Source: the human T2T-CHM13v2.0 reference genome, Homo sapiens. From it: a stretch of DNA of 64,000 nucleotides. The notes beneath the pieces are model-generated. The model searched no databases, was not told where the DNA came from, and worked only from the letters and a program-made list of their open reading frames with translations. Each line of letters begins with the position of its first letter. Within the stretch, counting starts at the first letter, position 1. Location of the stretch: assembly GCF_009914755.1 (NCBI RefSeq), contig NC_060925.1, one strand, 5' to 3'. The translations under genes were made by a program, and so were the position numbers. Of this stretch, positions 16,291 to 29,832 are shown one piece after another.

Positions 16291-17513
16291 GCTTGTTTCC
16301 CCTGCCCTAAGATATATTCACACCAAATAAGTTATTATCATATCAATGTGAAATGTCCTTCCCTACCTCAATAACTTTACACATCCTACAGTTTGACTAG
16401 AATTAAACCCTTTACAACTAATCCCACTCTTCTGGCACCACATCCCTTCCAATATAAAAACATACATACATTCCATACTTGATGAAATTTTTAAATTTTT
16501 GAAAAAATTCATGTAATATAAGGTCTATGAAGTCTTTCTTGACAACCTCACCCAATCAGAATTAATTGTATACCCACAAAGTTGGCTGAATATTTGTCTA
16601 CTGTAATATTTATCATAGTAGATAAAATACTGTGTTTGTTTGTCTGTATAATTGAACTATTATCTTCTTATGATTAGGAATCATAATTTGCGTCTTTTTA
16701 CATTCTCAACACCTAAAACACCTAAAGCACTTAAGACACAGCAGGCAACTAATATGCTAACATCATGGAACTAGGTTTTCTTTGGCTGCCAAGATATTCT
16801 TGTTGTCTATTCTGATTTATATCTCCAATAGTAAATTTTAAAAAATATACTTCAGTTTCTTAATAGTACATGATAGATTATCAATTCAAAATACAAATAA
16901 GCTGATGATTCTAAAAATAAGCATGGATAGATGGCAATGTTGCATCTATAAAACACGGTTTGAGCTAATATTTTACACAAAAGTATAACTATGGCTTTTT
17001 CAAGAAAAAAAAATCAGTTTGCCTGTATTGCCACAAAAACAGTAGCTAGAAAATATGGACAGATATATTGTTTGAATTGTTTCTAAAAATTTTAAAATTT
17101 CTAAATGTTTTGAACACACCAATGTAGACATTAGCTTATTCAATAATTATTTATTAAGATCTGGTATTTTTAAGATGCAGATAATTTAACTCAATACTTT
17201 TTATTTCTAAATATGTATTAGATACGTATTTTGTTTGATAAAAAATGTTCTGATTTTTACAACAATTTTATGTCACTTTTATCCAAAATTATGAGTTATA
17301 TAAAACTAAGAAAAAAACACAAACAATATTATTTTGGTAAAATATTGGGCTCATTTTGTTGCTTCATGAAAAATTTTCCTAGTCCACTTTTGTTTTCCAC
17401 TATTAAAAGATAACTGGAGTATCAACTGAAAAGCAGTTTCATAATTTAATCCTGGAGAGATTAAACTGAGTTACCACTTCTTCCCCTAAAGAATTCTCAT
17501 TATTTTTAAAGGT

Positions 17514-17835
17514 GCTGAATAATATTATTCTGAATAATATTCCATTTATATACACACACACACACACACACACATATTACACAAACATATATAACAATTT
17601 ATCTGTTTATTCCTTGATGGACATTTGCATTGATTCTGTATCTTGGCTATTGTGAATAATGTTGCAATGAACGTGAGAGTGCAGGTATCTTTACAAGTTG
17701 GTGATTTCATTTCCTTTGAATTCGAAAGACTGGGGTTGAATTGTTGCATCATATGGTAGTACTATTTTAAGTTACTTTAGGAACCTCCATATTTTTCCCA
17801 CAGTAGCTGTACCAGTCTCTATTCACACTCATAGT
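17514..17835 (-). mobile_element. L1M 3' fragment with internal (CA)n at 17552-17574
   Basis: Reverse peptide FIATLFTIAKIQNQCKCPS. Confidence 0.8.
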
Positions 17836-20006
17836 ATCGCCAGTACTTCCACTTTACTAAAAATACTGCTTCTCAAATTATTAATTATCCCATCAAATGA
17901 GATAATGAAATCCACATACTACTCAGGAATTGTTAAAGCTTCAATTTTAGCATATTCTCCTCCTAATAGTGTTTACCTACTTTCCCAAAGCAGAGTTAAT
18001 CACACCACACCCAGTCCACTTCAACCAAGGAAATACTACATTGTAATGTGACTTTCTGACTTTGCAAATTAGGTGGCCAAACCATTCTTCGAGTAGGTAG
18101 CCAAAGCCTATGTAAAGGTAACAGATATAAGGCTGACTGTTAAAGTAGCTTAAATTTCAGTGTCATGTATTATATACAATTTCACATGAATTTTGTATTT
18201 TTAAAGGGTACTTATTCCTGGAATGGCCACAAATGCTTGCTTAAAAGAGTCAGGGGTATATTCATCTGAACCCATAAAGAAGCAGACAGAGGCGATCATG
18301 CTGTTACATCTTGAATCATTAGGGCATGCGTCAAGGCCATGCCACTTATTTTTGCAGCTCCTGAAACTTGCTGATGGATGTACTATTCTTGCCTTAAGTG
18401 CAGGAAGACCCACAGATTATTGGAATGAGCCCACCCATCTTTTTATGACTCCAGTCTTCCAGTAAGTCTAATGAGGACAAGAAGATAGCAATAAAGCTGT
18501 CTTGTATGTGTATCTATGTAGAAGCCCATTCATTTTGAAAGAAAGCAAACACACAAAATATTCTGCTCCTAGTACCACTTCTGAAAAATGGAAAACTGCT
18601 TTCTAATAAGACTAATATAAACATCTATTTTTTATTCTGAGTTTCAAATGAGTCAAAATATTTTGCAAAGTATTAGTGCAATTAAAATTATTTGAAGTGA
18701 ACTTCAAATAAAATAAAGAAACAATTCAGTCCAATTCTGACAACTTCAGCAGAGTCATTATTCAACTGGGTAAGATGAACGGGAGACACTATTTTATGGA
18801 TAATATTTAATTATGAAAATTGTTTACCCAGTCATAAAATGTTATTGATTCTTTAATAGTATTTTAATAAAGATAGTTTTTGGTTGACAAATAGTAGAAG
18901 AAAGCACATCTGTGTTCCAAGATAGCATTGAAAGAAGTAAGGTAAATTTTGAAGATGCAAAATTTAAATAGTATTGCCTTGAATCTGTACTTTGTCGTAA
19001 CAGATGGTCAACAATCCCTACCATATGCAAAGCTAGACAATATTTTAAATCATTGTATATATCCAGGAAATTCACTGTATGAAACATTTTTCACGCAAAT
19101 GTTGGCATACATTTATTATTTAAAATATAATTTTCTTTAAGAAACTTGTGCTACTGGTATCTTCAATATACCTAACTTTTAAGGTAGGAATTAACCTAAT
19201 CTTCATTATACATAAGTAATATAATCATTGTTGAACACACTCAGCATTCAGAATTACATAATTTACTATAACAAATTATAATAATCTTTTATATATTATA
19301 TATTACAACTTTTTATCTCATAATTCCAAAATGAAGTCTCAAAACCCAGGTAGCTAAGGTAACTACTCTTGGCATATTAGATGTATTACTAAAAAGTTGC
19401 ATATAATGCTTTCACATTAACAAATTATATTAAGTACATTATAAATGTTTTATACTTAAATCTTTAAGGTGAGTAATTTTAAATGAGACTAATCATTTCC
19501 TGATTCATATAAGTTGTGATAATGCTATTTTGAGTATTATAATAATTTATATTCCTTTAAGAACTAGTGAAGCATTAACGATGTACATTTAAAATGCATA
19601 AATAGATGTTGGTGTTTAAAGTTTTGACCTCAGAATCAACTATGATCCATTTATTCTTTACCTATTTGGGCACCTTTCAGTTAGTAGCTCTTGTTTTTTC
19701 TCTTTTCTCCTTAACAAAGTGCCCTTAAATTTGAAAGACAAATTAGCTAACTTCCTAGTCCTGACCTTTGGTCTAATTTCCTAGATTATAATCAGTGTCC
19801 CTTCATTTGACAAGGAGTCTTATTTGCAACCATATTTGGCATAATCCCAGGATATCCACATATCAAATACTCCCCAAGTAATCAACAATGCAGATTTCTA
19901 AGTTAGTTATCATATAGAAACCTAATCTAGAACAAATTTCTGTAGTCCAGTTTAACATGAAACATTTCTTTATTTTCAATAGATTTTATATTTCAAGGAA
20001 ACTAGA

Positions 20007-20112
20007 TTAATATTTTTCTATCAACTTAAAAATTAGAAAAAAAATGTTTTTTTTTTCTCGCTTTCTTGGACACATCTTCAAGCAATCCTTAAATTCAGAG
20101 GACTGTAACAGT
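20007..20112 (-). other. Candidate alternative exon / alternative C-terminus of LRRIQ3
   Basis: Very strong acceptor (T-run of ~19 then acag|); in frame after the IQ exon gives RLLQSSEFKDCLKMCPRKREKKNIFFLIFKLIEKY*. Confidence 0.35.
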
Positions 20113-20188
20113 CTGTAAAAAAAAAAAAAAAAAAAGCAGCAAAAAAAACCATTTACCAAATTATCTCCATTGTATCTTCTGTAGCAGT

Positions 20189-20370
20189 CAGGGTTAACAA
20201 ACTTTTTCTATATAAAGCTAATTAGTAAATATGTAGGCGCTGGAGTGTACATATGTTCTATTGCATATTTTTCTTTTTTTTCTAACAATCCTTTTAAGTT
20301 ATAAAAACCATTATTCCTTCTGCACAGGCTATATCAGATTTTTCCTGCGGACTATAGTTTCCCAACCTTA
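20189..20370. mobile_element. hAT-Charlie MITE, MER58(C)-like
   Basis: Ends cagggttaacaaactttt ... tagtttcccaacctta resemble MER58 terminal inverted repeats. Confidence 0.65.
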
Positions 20371-20689
20371 TATCTATATTTTATCCTAATTCATACATGT
20401 ATGTGTACACACACACACACACACACATTTTTCTCCCATATGGCCTTAGAAATTTTTGAGGAAAAATGAAAAATAAATGCACATACACACATATACATAT
20501 ACAATTTTAAATTAAATTTAAAATATTTTTACCTACAGAAATATTATAGAGACCCCAGATCAATCTTGCTTATTATGATAATATGGTCTATGCATACAAA
20601 AATAGATTAATGTACATTTAGTAGAGGTATACAACACCTGAAAATCCTTCCATTTTGGGTACCTCTACTAATGTTGTTATCACTAGCGT

Positions 20690-21075
20690 ATGAATGACTT
20701 AAGAAAACAAATTCCATTTTCCATTTTCCTAAGAGCTAAGGCCACAGTCATATGACTTAGCTTAACCAATTCGGTGCTTTTTCCCTGGATTTTTACTTGT
20801 CAGGGACAATCCAAATGCACAAGGACAACAAAAGGGTATTCATGACAGCTGCAACAGAATAATGGGGAGACAAGTAGCCAATAGTAACAGTAAACTAGGA
20901 ATGCTCTCTGGTGGAGTTGGCTCTGCCATGCTTCTCACTGCTGTTCCTTTTCCAAAGCCAGTTACTCTGTCTTCCTGAATTTTTCGTGAGCTTCCTGAAA
21001 AACCTCTAACAAATTCTATTATTGTCTAAGTCATTTACAGTTAGCTTCCGCTGTTTGCAAGTAAGAACTCTAGAT
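20690..21075 (+). mobile_element. Old MaLR LTR (MLT1-type)
   Basis: catatgacttagcttaaccaat and 3' aacaaattc...tgtctaag...ctgtttgcaagtaaga motifs. Confidence 0.5.
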
Positions 21076-21469
21076 ACTACACAATCTAATCTTCTAAACT
21101 TTTATGTGAGAAGGATTTAAAAAATTACTTGCTTTAATCAATTATGAAAGAAATAACTCATTAACTACTCATCAACAAAATAATCAGAAAAACATCACAA
21201 GTATACTAGGCCTACAATCCAAATTTGAAAAGAGTTTTGTAAAATATTCCACCACTAAAATATAATGAATTACTAATTTTTTTCTTAATTATATTTGTAT
21301 TAAGTATTTAAATGTAGTATTTTCTCTTCTTTTTATCTAGTTTTAAAAATAAATCCTCAATTTTCTCTATCATATCTATGAAGTAATTATATTTACCTCA
21401 CAGAACTGCTGTGAGGATCAAATGAGTTAATAAAGACAAGTGTACATTTAAAATTTCCAGCAAAGTATA

Positions 21470-21810
21470 CAGTTATATGCCATATAATGATGTTCCAGTC
21501 AATGACAAACTGCATATACACTGGTGGTCCCCATGAAATTATACTACCGTACTTTTACTCTCTTTTCTATATTTAGATACACAAATATTTATCATTATCT
21601 TACAATTGCCTATAAAATTTAGTATAGTAATATGCTGTACAGATTTGTGGCCTAGGCTACAAATACGCTATACCACCTAAGTTTGTCTAAGTGTAGTAGG
21701 CTATATAACCTAAGTTTGTCAAAGTACTCTCTATGGGTTCACACAATGACAAAATCACCTAACAACATGTTTCTCAGAATGCATCCTTGTCATTAAGCAA
21801 TGCATGACTG
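21470..21810. mobile_element. Tigger3a (MER7A)-like mariner MITE, complete
   Basis: Terminal inverted repeats cagttatatgccatataatga / tcattaagcaatgcatgactg; TA target duplications at 21468-21469 and 21811-21812. Confidence 0.88.
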
Positions 21811-21944
21811 TATTTCAGCAAAAATAATCTATTAGGAATAAAATAATTATGTTATTTATAATGTAAAATCATATACAATGTTAGTGTACCATTATATATG
21901 TTCCATGATATGCCACTATATATGTGAAAATAGTAATTCTATTA

Positions 21945-22060
21945 AAATATAAACTCCACAAAGGCAGTGAATTTAAATGTTTTGTCTGCTGTTGTGTCTT
22001 CAGGACCCAGAAAGGGCCTAACTTATGGTAGGCACTCAATAAATACTTGTAGAATGAACT
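21945..22060 (+). mobile_element. L2 3' end
   Basis: taaactccacaaaggcag...ggtaggcactcaataaatacttgtagaatgaa. Confidence 0.7.
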
Positions 22061-22513
22061 GATCGATAAAAATTAATAATTATATCATGCCTATAAGGCA
22101 GGTAGTGCACATTTGTATATAATTTCATAACTTTGCTATGAAAATTTTATTAAGAAATAATATTTCCCAAGATCTAGCAAGTGCTAGCAGAATAATACAA
22201 ATTATTTTATTTTATTTTATTTGGTTATGATCCATGAAATATGGGCCTGAGTCCTGTGTCTATAACTTACAAGTTTTGAAACCTCAGGCAAGTTATTTGG
22301 GATTGTTTATAGGATCAAATGAGGTAAATTACATAAAATGTCTGGCACACAGTGCCAAGCCAGAACTTGAATAAATTATCTGATGATTCTAATCCACTGT
22401 CAACTTTGAATAACACCAAAAAATTCACAGTAAGTAGGATAGTTGATTAGACCTAAATAGTTAATATTGTTTTATAATAAATAAAATAGTCTTTATAAGA
22501 GTTCCCTATGATT

Positions 22514-22805
22514 GGTCAGCCAAGGCGGCTCATACTTGTAATCCCAGCACTTTAGGAGGACAAGGCAGGCAGATTGCTTGAGCCCAGGAGTTGGAGACCA
22601 GCCTGGGCAACATTGCGAAACTCCATCTCTATAAAAAATACAAAAATGAGCCAGGCATGGCAACGCGTGCCTGTGGTCCCAGCCACTCAGGAGGCTGAGG
22701 TGGAAGAATCGCTTGAGCCCAGGAAGGTGGAGGTTGCAGTGAGCTTAGATAACACCACTGCAGTCCATCCTGGACTACAGGTAAGACTCTGCATCAAAAG
22801 AAAAG
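22514..22805 (+). mobile_element. AluJ, full dimer
   Basis: AluJ diagnostics (ttgcttgagcccaggagt, cagcctgggcaacat); decayed TSD aagagttccctatga (22497-22511) / aagaattgcctacga (22803-22817). Confidence 0.92.
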
Positions 22806-23224
22806 AATTGCCTACGAACAAGAAAAATTAAAAAGCAAATTTAATTTGGTACACTTAATCTCTAAAATTTTCTAGGCAACAAGAACATTCTAAAAAAACT
22901 CCATATGAAATAAATAAATTTTTCTCTTTTTATCTACTCTTTTGCTTTGGTCAACCATGAAAGATTCTAACTCATGATAAATAAAAACATTTTAAGGTAT
23001 TTTTCAAACCCAATTAATTTGATGTTTGATAACATAGGTTGCTACCCTGACAATCATAGTAGAGAATAATGATTTTATGTCAAAATGCTAATCATTTCAG
23101 GAGAGCTTTCCAATATCAACCCAATGTCCATAAAATAAAGTGAAAGTGTCAGAAATATTAAAAATTTAATTTAAAAGGCATGTATTATTGATAAAAACAT
23201 GTTTTGGATACAGTTTTAACTGTT

Positions 23225-24100
23225 AGTCTGAGGGGGATTTCCTTATATGTGACTTGAGGCCTTTCTCTTGCTGTCTCTATCATTCTCTCTGCTTTTGTCT
23301 TTTGTCAGTTTAACTATAACATGCCATTGAGACGACCTTTTGGGGTTGAATCTTTTTGAGGACTTTTAAGCTTTCTGTATGTGGGTCTATATGTTTTGCA
23401 AGACTTAAGATGTTTTCAGCTATTATTTCATTAAATAGGTTTTCTTCATCTTTGTCCATCTCTTCTCCTTCTGGGTCTTTCAAAATGTGAGAATTTGGTC
23501 ACTTTAAATTTCTCATTCAACAAGTCATGAATTGCTTTTCTGATATCTTTGTATTGTTTAACTGTGTTCCTTTATATCTCATTGAGTTCCTTTAAAATCA
23601 TTAAAAAATTTTTTCAGCCATTTCAAATATATTTTTTCCTTTGGAATCTGTTTATAGAGATTTATTGTTTCTTTGGAGGCATTATGTTTCCTGCTTTTTC
23701 ATGTTTCTTGTGTCCTTACATTGACATCTGTACATCTGGTGTTAACAGTTGCTTTTTCCAAATTTTGTAGGGAAGTACTTTTTGTTATAGATGCATCTAC
23801 AGTGTTGGTTGGATAGGATGCTTTGACTTTGAATCTGGTGGGTGTAGTGGAGTAGTCTCAGTATAATTTATTTGACCATAATTAGCATCAGAAGTATCTG
23901 TGAGTTCTTCAGTGCCTGAGGCTGCAGTTGCTGGTAGAGGCTGTAGCAAGACTTTGCTGGTGACAGAGACACCAGTCAGGCCAGTCCTCAGTCACCAGTT
24001 GTGGCAGTGGTGGGCTAGACATGCTGGTCCTTAGGCCTCCACATGGCATACATGGGTGGCAGTAGTTATGGTTGTGGTTAGGCCAGTCCTTGGGCCTCAA
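23225..24100 (-). mobile_element. Old L1 ORF1/5' UTR fragment
   Basis: Resembles antisense L1M 5' ends (ttctcttgctgtctctatcattctctct, agctattatttcattaaatagg). Confidence 0.6.
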
Positions 24101-24104
24101 GGAT

Positions 24105-24401
24105 GTTGTAATTATAAAAGAAACAGATAAAGAGATGCATAGGGTGTGTTGTGGGGGAAGAAGCATGGAGCTTTCCTTGAGGAACCTTCACTTGTTCAGT
24201 TATTCAGTGAAAATTCTGTTTTTAAAGTACTCGTGAGATAACGTTAGATCCATCTAGATAATCTCTCCTAAGGTCAACTGATTAGTAAGTCATTTTAATT
24301 ACATCTGCATAATATCATTTGTCCTGCAACATAACATGACCATGCGAGTAACACCAGGGAACAAAAGCCATGTGGGTCACCTAGGAATTCTGTCTACCAC
24401 A
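24105..24401. mobile_element. LTR fragments: MER21-like piece then an MLT1-type end
   Basis: agagatgcatagggtgtg...gcatggagctttcc; attacatctgc...ggaattctgtctaccaca terminus. Confidence 0.5.
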
Positions 24402-24529
24402 TGTGAGAAGAGATTAAATAAGATCAAATCTTTGTTACCTTGAAACCATGCCAAGTGAGGACACAATTGGCTTATAATAGGCACACATTTTAGTCAACAT
24501 GGTTCCAGGCAAAAGGGAGGAATGCCCAT

Positions 24530-25380
24530 GGTGTTATTTTCCTCTTTTAGTCGGTTAATATAAGTGATTTTCTAATGTTAAATTAACCTTGTATTCCTGG
24601 AATAAATTATATTGGTTATAAGGTATTATTTTTTCTATATCATTGGATCTAATTTTCTAATATTGTATTCATGATTTTTACATCTGTATTCATGACACTG
24701 ACCTGAAATTTTCTTTCTTGTAACGTCTTTGTAAGATTTTGATATTAAGGTTTTGTTGATCTCTCAAAATAATATGTAAAGTGTTTTCTTTTACTCTCTG
24801 GGAAATTTATGTAAGATGGCATTATATTTTCCTTACATGTATAGAATCATGCATCAGTAAATTCATCCAGGCTCAATGTCTCTTTGTGAAAAGCACTTCA
24901 AGAATGTGTTCAATTTTTTAATGTATGTACAACTATTTAGTATTTTTATTTCTTCCTTTGTCAGCTTGAAAATTGTGTTTCTTCACAGAATTTTTTCATA
25001 TCACATAAAAAATTGTAATTTTTGATATAAAGTTGTTCTTATTCTCTTTCATATCTGTAGACTTACAGCAATGTGCCTTTTTAAATTCTTTACGTTGGTA
25101 ATTACTCTTTGCTTTATCAGTCTTGCTGGAGTACTACCAATTTCTCTCCACAAATAATGAATTCTTAAATATATTAATTTTTTCATGTGCATTTTCTCAT
25201 GTTTATTGTATATTTGTATTCCATTTCATTCATTTCTGATACTACTTTTCTTATTCCCCTTTACTCTGTTTGGGTATAACTTCTGCTATTTTTCTATCTT
25301 CATGAGACAGATGCTTAGATTCTTGATATTCTAGCCTCTCTCTTTTGTTCATACATGCATTTGTAGCTGCTAGGCAATAG
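24530..25380 (-). mobile_element. Ancient L1ME-like ORF2 fragment
   Basis: taaccttgtattcctggaataaat, gatttttacatctgtattcatga motifs. Confidence 0.55.
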
Positions 25381-25509
25381 TTATTATTTTGTCTTTTGCT
25401 TTCAAATATTCTGTGGCAAAAACTGCCACTCAATTCCAATTCTCTTTTTAATCCTTAAAACAGTAGCCAAATTTCATACAGGTGACAAAGTGATCAGATA
25501 AAAGACCCT

Positions 25510-25950
25510 ATTTCTTAGCTGCCAGTGTACCCATACAACTAAATTCTGGCCAAGGAAATGTAGGAAAGGGGAATTCTGGCTAACGAAATGTAGGAAAAGA
25601 GAAATGCAGTATATCCGGTAAGGGTGATTAAAATTGCTGTTATAATCAGGAGATGTGCCCCTTTCTGCCATTCAGTATTGCCTGTCTTCCAGCATAAAAT
25701 CAGATGTAAAGATTGGAACTCTGGCAGCCATTTTGACCATAAATGACCTTGAAGATAAAACACACAAATTAGAAAGGTAGATTGAAAAGTTAGAGGAAGG
25801 TTGGATCCTTGATTTTGTGCAGTATCACAGGCCTGGACTTCTTGAACCACAGACTCTTCTCACATAAAAAACAAAACTTCTGCCTAGTTTAAGCCAAGAT
25901 ATTGGGGATCCCTCTTACATAGAACTGAATTGAATAAGTAAAACATACAA
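25510..25950 (+). mobile_element. MaLR LTR (MLT1-type)
   Basis: ttctggccaaggaaatgtag, ggcagccattttgaccat, cctggactt, gtttaagcca motifs. Confidence 0.6.
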
Positions 25951-26569
25951 ATATATTATTTCTTCTTTTTTTAATTATCAAATTTACTAAAGCTTCAGGA
26001 AATTGTAATATATAGTGATGATTATGGGCCTCCTTATCTTGCTCCCCATTGGATAAGATAACGTACTATTTTGCTATTATTTTCCAATATGTATATTAAT
26101 GTATTTTAATCATATTTACTGGAAAATGCAGTCTAAGTATCTTAGACTTTTCTCGCTTCTGCTAAAACCTAGTTTATTATAGCCCTAGCATTTAGATGGT
26201 TCCTACATTAACATTACCTGCAAAAAGAAATTTGCAACCATACAATCAGACAATCAGAGTTAAACATTTTTCCTGGAAAATAAGCTGAAATTTGTCTTTC
26301 TAAAACCTTCACTCACTATACCTGATTCTTTTATCTATTTTACTTACAGAAAATATTCAACAATTTGAGGTCAACTATTTGAATTGCCTTAAATTTACTC
26401 TTCTGATACTTATATATCCAAGTTCCCCTAATCATACCTCTCATGATATGACTACAGGATATTTCATTTCTCTCCACCTTATATGTTTTAAGAAATAAAT
26501 ATTTATTTAATAAATATCACCTAAAATGTGAAAGTCACAGAAATTTAGTTTGCCAGAAATAGTTATTGA

Positions 26570-26842
<273 letters not shown>

Positions 26843-26889
26843 TGATGCTTTTAACATGTAAACACTACTTTTTAAAGGCACTGTGGGAT

Positions 26890-28350
26890 AATAGTTATGG
26901 CAGTGACATAGTTTTCTAATTTCTCCAGATTCCTTCATAGAAACAAACATAACAACTAGAAGGCAAATTTTTTTAAATATCTACAACAGTACTATGTGAC
27001 AAGGTATCCTCGGGAAATCTAAAATGTGAATGAATGGGGAAAAATCATAGACAATTGTAAGCCCACTGCTGTGTTAGCAATTATTCAGGAGGAAACAGAC
27101 AAAAGTAATGAGGCATTTGATGGATAGAAACAAAACAAATAGAACAGAAGCTAAATCCGGGGTTGGGGGGATGGGCATTAGTGTGTGAATACAATAAATA
27201 AAAAGTCTATGGTAAGATCTAAAGGATCTGAAGCATTCCGGGACTCTAAACCCCCAAAACTAACCAGCCAAAACTCTCTTACAGGTCAAAGCCCAAAGTG
27301 AGGAGAATTTCCTGGGAAAATAATAGTAATTGAGTGGCAGAGAAAAACAGTGAAAAGAGAGAGCAAAATATCCACATTAACAGGGAGGTAATAGAAACCA
27401 CAGCCAGAGACAGCAGAAAGAGAACCACGATACTGTGGATGCTACACAAACACAATAGGAGTAGTTTTAAATACTAAAATAAGAAAAGCTTTTTCTTAAA
27501 GTTCAGAAAAACTAATTTTATAGAAACAGCAATGCAGAAAAATCACTATCTCGTTCTTTACAGAATTATAATAAGAAGAAAGTAAAGAGCATAACAATAT
27601 CATTGTAGACAATGGAAGCAGGCCAGAAAGTGAACCTTATAAAAAATAAAAATAAAATTACACCTATTATTTCAAAATGAACAAAAAGATAGCAAGAAAA
27701 TTATATAAGACATGTAAGAGAAAATTTAGAAATGCAGTGATAGAAATGAGAAAAAAATCAGTATTTAAAAACTAATTTTATATATAAAGACTAAACCAGA
27801 AGGATTATAATTATAAATGAAAACAACAAAAAATTTCCTAAGTGAAATAGACTAAAATAAGGAATATTTTTAAAATTAAAAAGAAAATCAGTAGAAAAAG
27901 AACTACCATCACTATGATAAATGAATATGAGTAACTATTCAACAAACTATTTCAACAATATATCTCCAGTCTAATCATTAAAAAAATCCTGCAACAAATC
28001 TTGAATTGTATTAAATACATTGTTGATAGTAGTGTGTAGTAGTGACTATGAAACTATTTTGTGTATATTGTAGGATTAAGCTAATGAGTAAAATTAATAA
28101 TGTTGGCAACCAAAATTCAAAGGGAAATATAATGTTGAATGAAAGCAGTGAATAACCCTCTGTGTTGGATTAACATTTGGGGTGTTAACATGAAATTATG
28201 ATGGAAAGAATAATCCATATTCTGTCTGCTAAAATGAGCTAGGAATAATGACACCCCAATAGCAATGAATACATCTAGTTTCTAGATCTTACTTTCCAAA
28301 TACCATTCCTTACTGAAAGGACTAGAGCTGTTTGGAAAAGCTGACTTCAG
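26890..28350 (+). mobile_element. Ancient L1/HAL1-like fragments, ending in an L1MC-type 3' region
   Basis: A-rich strand; acaccccaatagcaatgaatacatctag...taccattccttactgaaagg motif; subfamily uncertain. Confidence 0.45.
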
Positions 28351-29526
28351 GGGTGTTGTTAGAAAAGTAAAAGGAGCATGGAATTTGGAATGTGTTAATA
28401 CCGGAACCTGATATTTATTTACATGCGGTTTCATCTCTTCATAACTGACCACAAATGACCAACACAAAATGGCTTTCTAATATTGATTCATATATTAGCC
28501 TCCCCACCAAGTTTAAACTCTTAATGTTTCATCTGTAAAACAGAAAATACAGAAAGACTCAAAAGCTCTGTTTTATTAAATAATATAATGGATTAATGTA
28601 CCTAACATGGTGCTTTACATATATTGCACATTCAATAAATTTTGTTTCCTATATTTTTTCCATTCTTTTTCCTTTTTTACAACCCATCAAGACAACCAAT
28701 AATCCTCCCCATGATCTCAGTATAGCTGCCTTTACGTAGGTTTAGGAGGCTATCAATCTAATTACAACATTTCATTCTAAGAATAAAAGTATACTTTCCT
28801 TATATTGTATCACCCGTACTAGAAATACTACCACTCTAAAAGATAATAGCATTAATCATAATAATTTTATAAATTTTGGCCATATATATTTCAAGTACTT
28901 AAAGTTAAAAATTTCAAAGTACAAAATATTTGGGTGTGAGGAGACATTTCTCATGCCTAGAAATAGAGACACAAGAAGACTAATCACTCGGACCCTAGGT
29001 TGTGGGAATCTATAGTTGCCTCTCAGGGGAGCTCTTCATATTTCCTAATTCTTACTTTCACCTTTCCATGCATGAATCCAGATCTGATTTCAGCTCCCAC
29101 TGTCTCTCCATTTGTTGATGTATTAATCAATTCAGAAAGTATTTTTGAGCACCTAACATGTGTCAGGCATTCTGTTACATATTAAAGATACAGAGTGGAA
29201 AACAGAGATACAGTCTCATAGAGTTTATAGTAAATCTGGAGATATAGGTAACTATAGAGACGACTATAATACGGTATGGTAAGAGCTTGTGATAATAAAA
29301 GTATGTGAAACACATCAAAGAGGCAATATCCCAAACATTTGTCCTAAACAAATAGAAAGCCACTGGAGGACTTTAACTTGGTGAATAAAATGATTAAATT
29401 TGTATTTTTGAAAGATTACTGTCTGCATGCTGGAAGGGAGCAAGAAATCCAAGGAAAATTTCCCATGGGGCCAAATAACACAGAGAGCACTAAATATAAC
29501 AACAACAATGATAATTAAATTTTTAA

Positions 29527-29832
29527 GGCTGGGCGCGGTAGTTCACGCTTGTAATCCCAGCACTTTGGGGGGCCGAGGTGTGCGGATCACGAGGTCAGGA
29601 GATTGAGACCATCCTGGCTAACACGGTGGAACCCCGTCTCTACTAAAAATATAAAAAATTAGCCGGGCGTGGCGGCGGGTGCCTGTAGTCCCAGCTACTG
29701 GGGAGGCTGAGGCAGGAGAATGGCGTGAACCCGGAAGTCAGAGGTTGCAGCGAGCCGAGATCGCGCCACTGCACTGCAGCCTGGGCGACAGAGCGAGACT
29801 CCTTCTCAAAAAAAAAAAAAAAAAAAAAAAAA
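29527..29832 (+). mobile_element. AluY, full length, CpG-rich, 25-nt poly(A)
   Basis: gagaccatcctggctaacacgg and gaatggcgtgaacccgg diagnostics. Confidence 0.95.

Noticed and set aside
17517-17541. 14-bp palindrome GAATAATATTATTC with a duplicated ctgaataatatt
   Set aside because: Small local duplication at an L1 fragment edge in AT-rich DNA; no sign of function.
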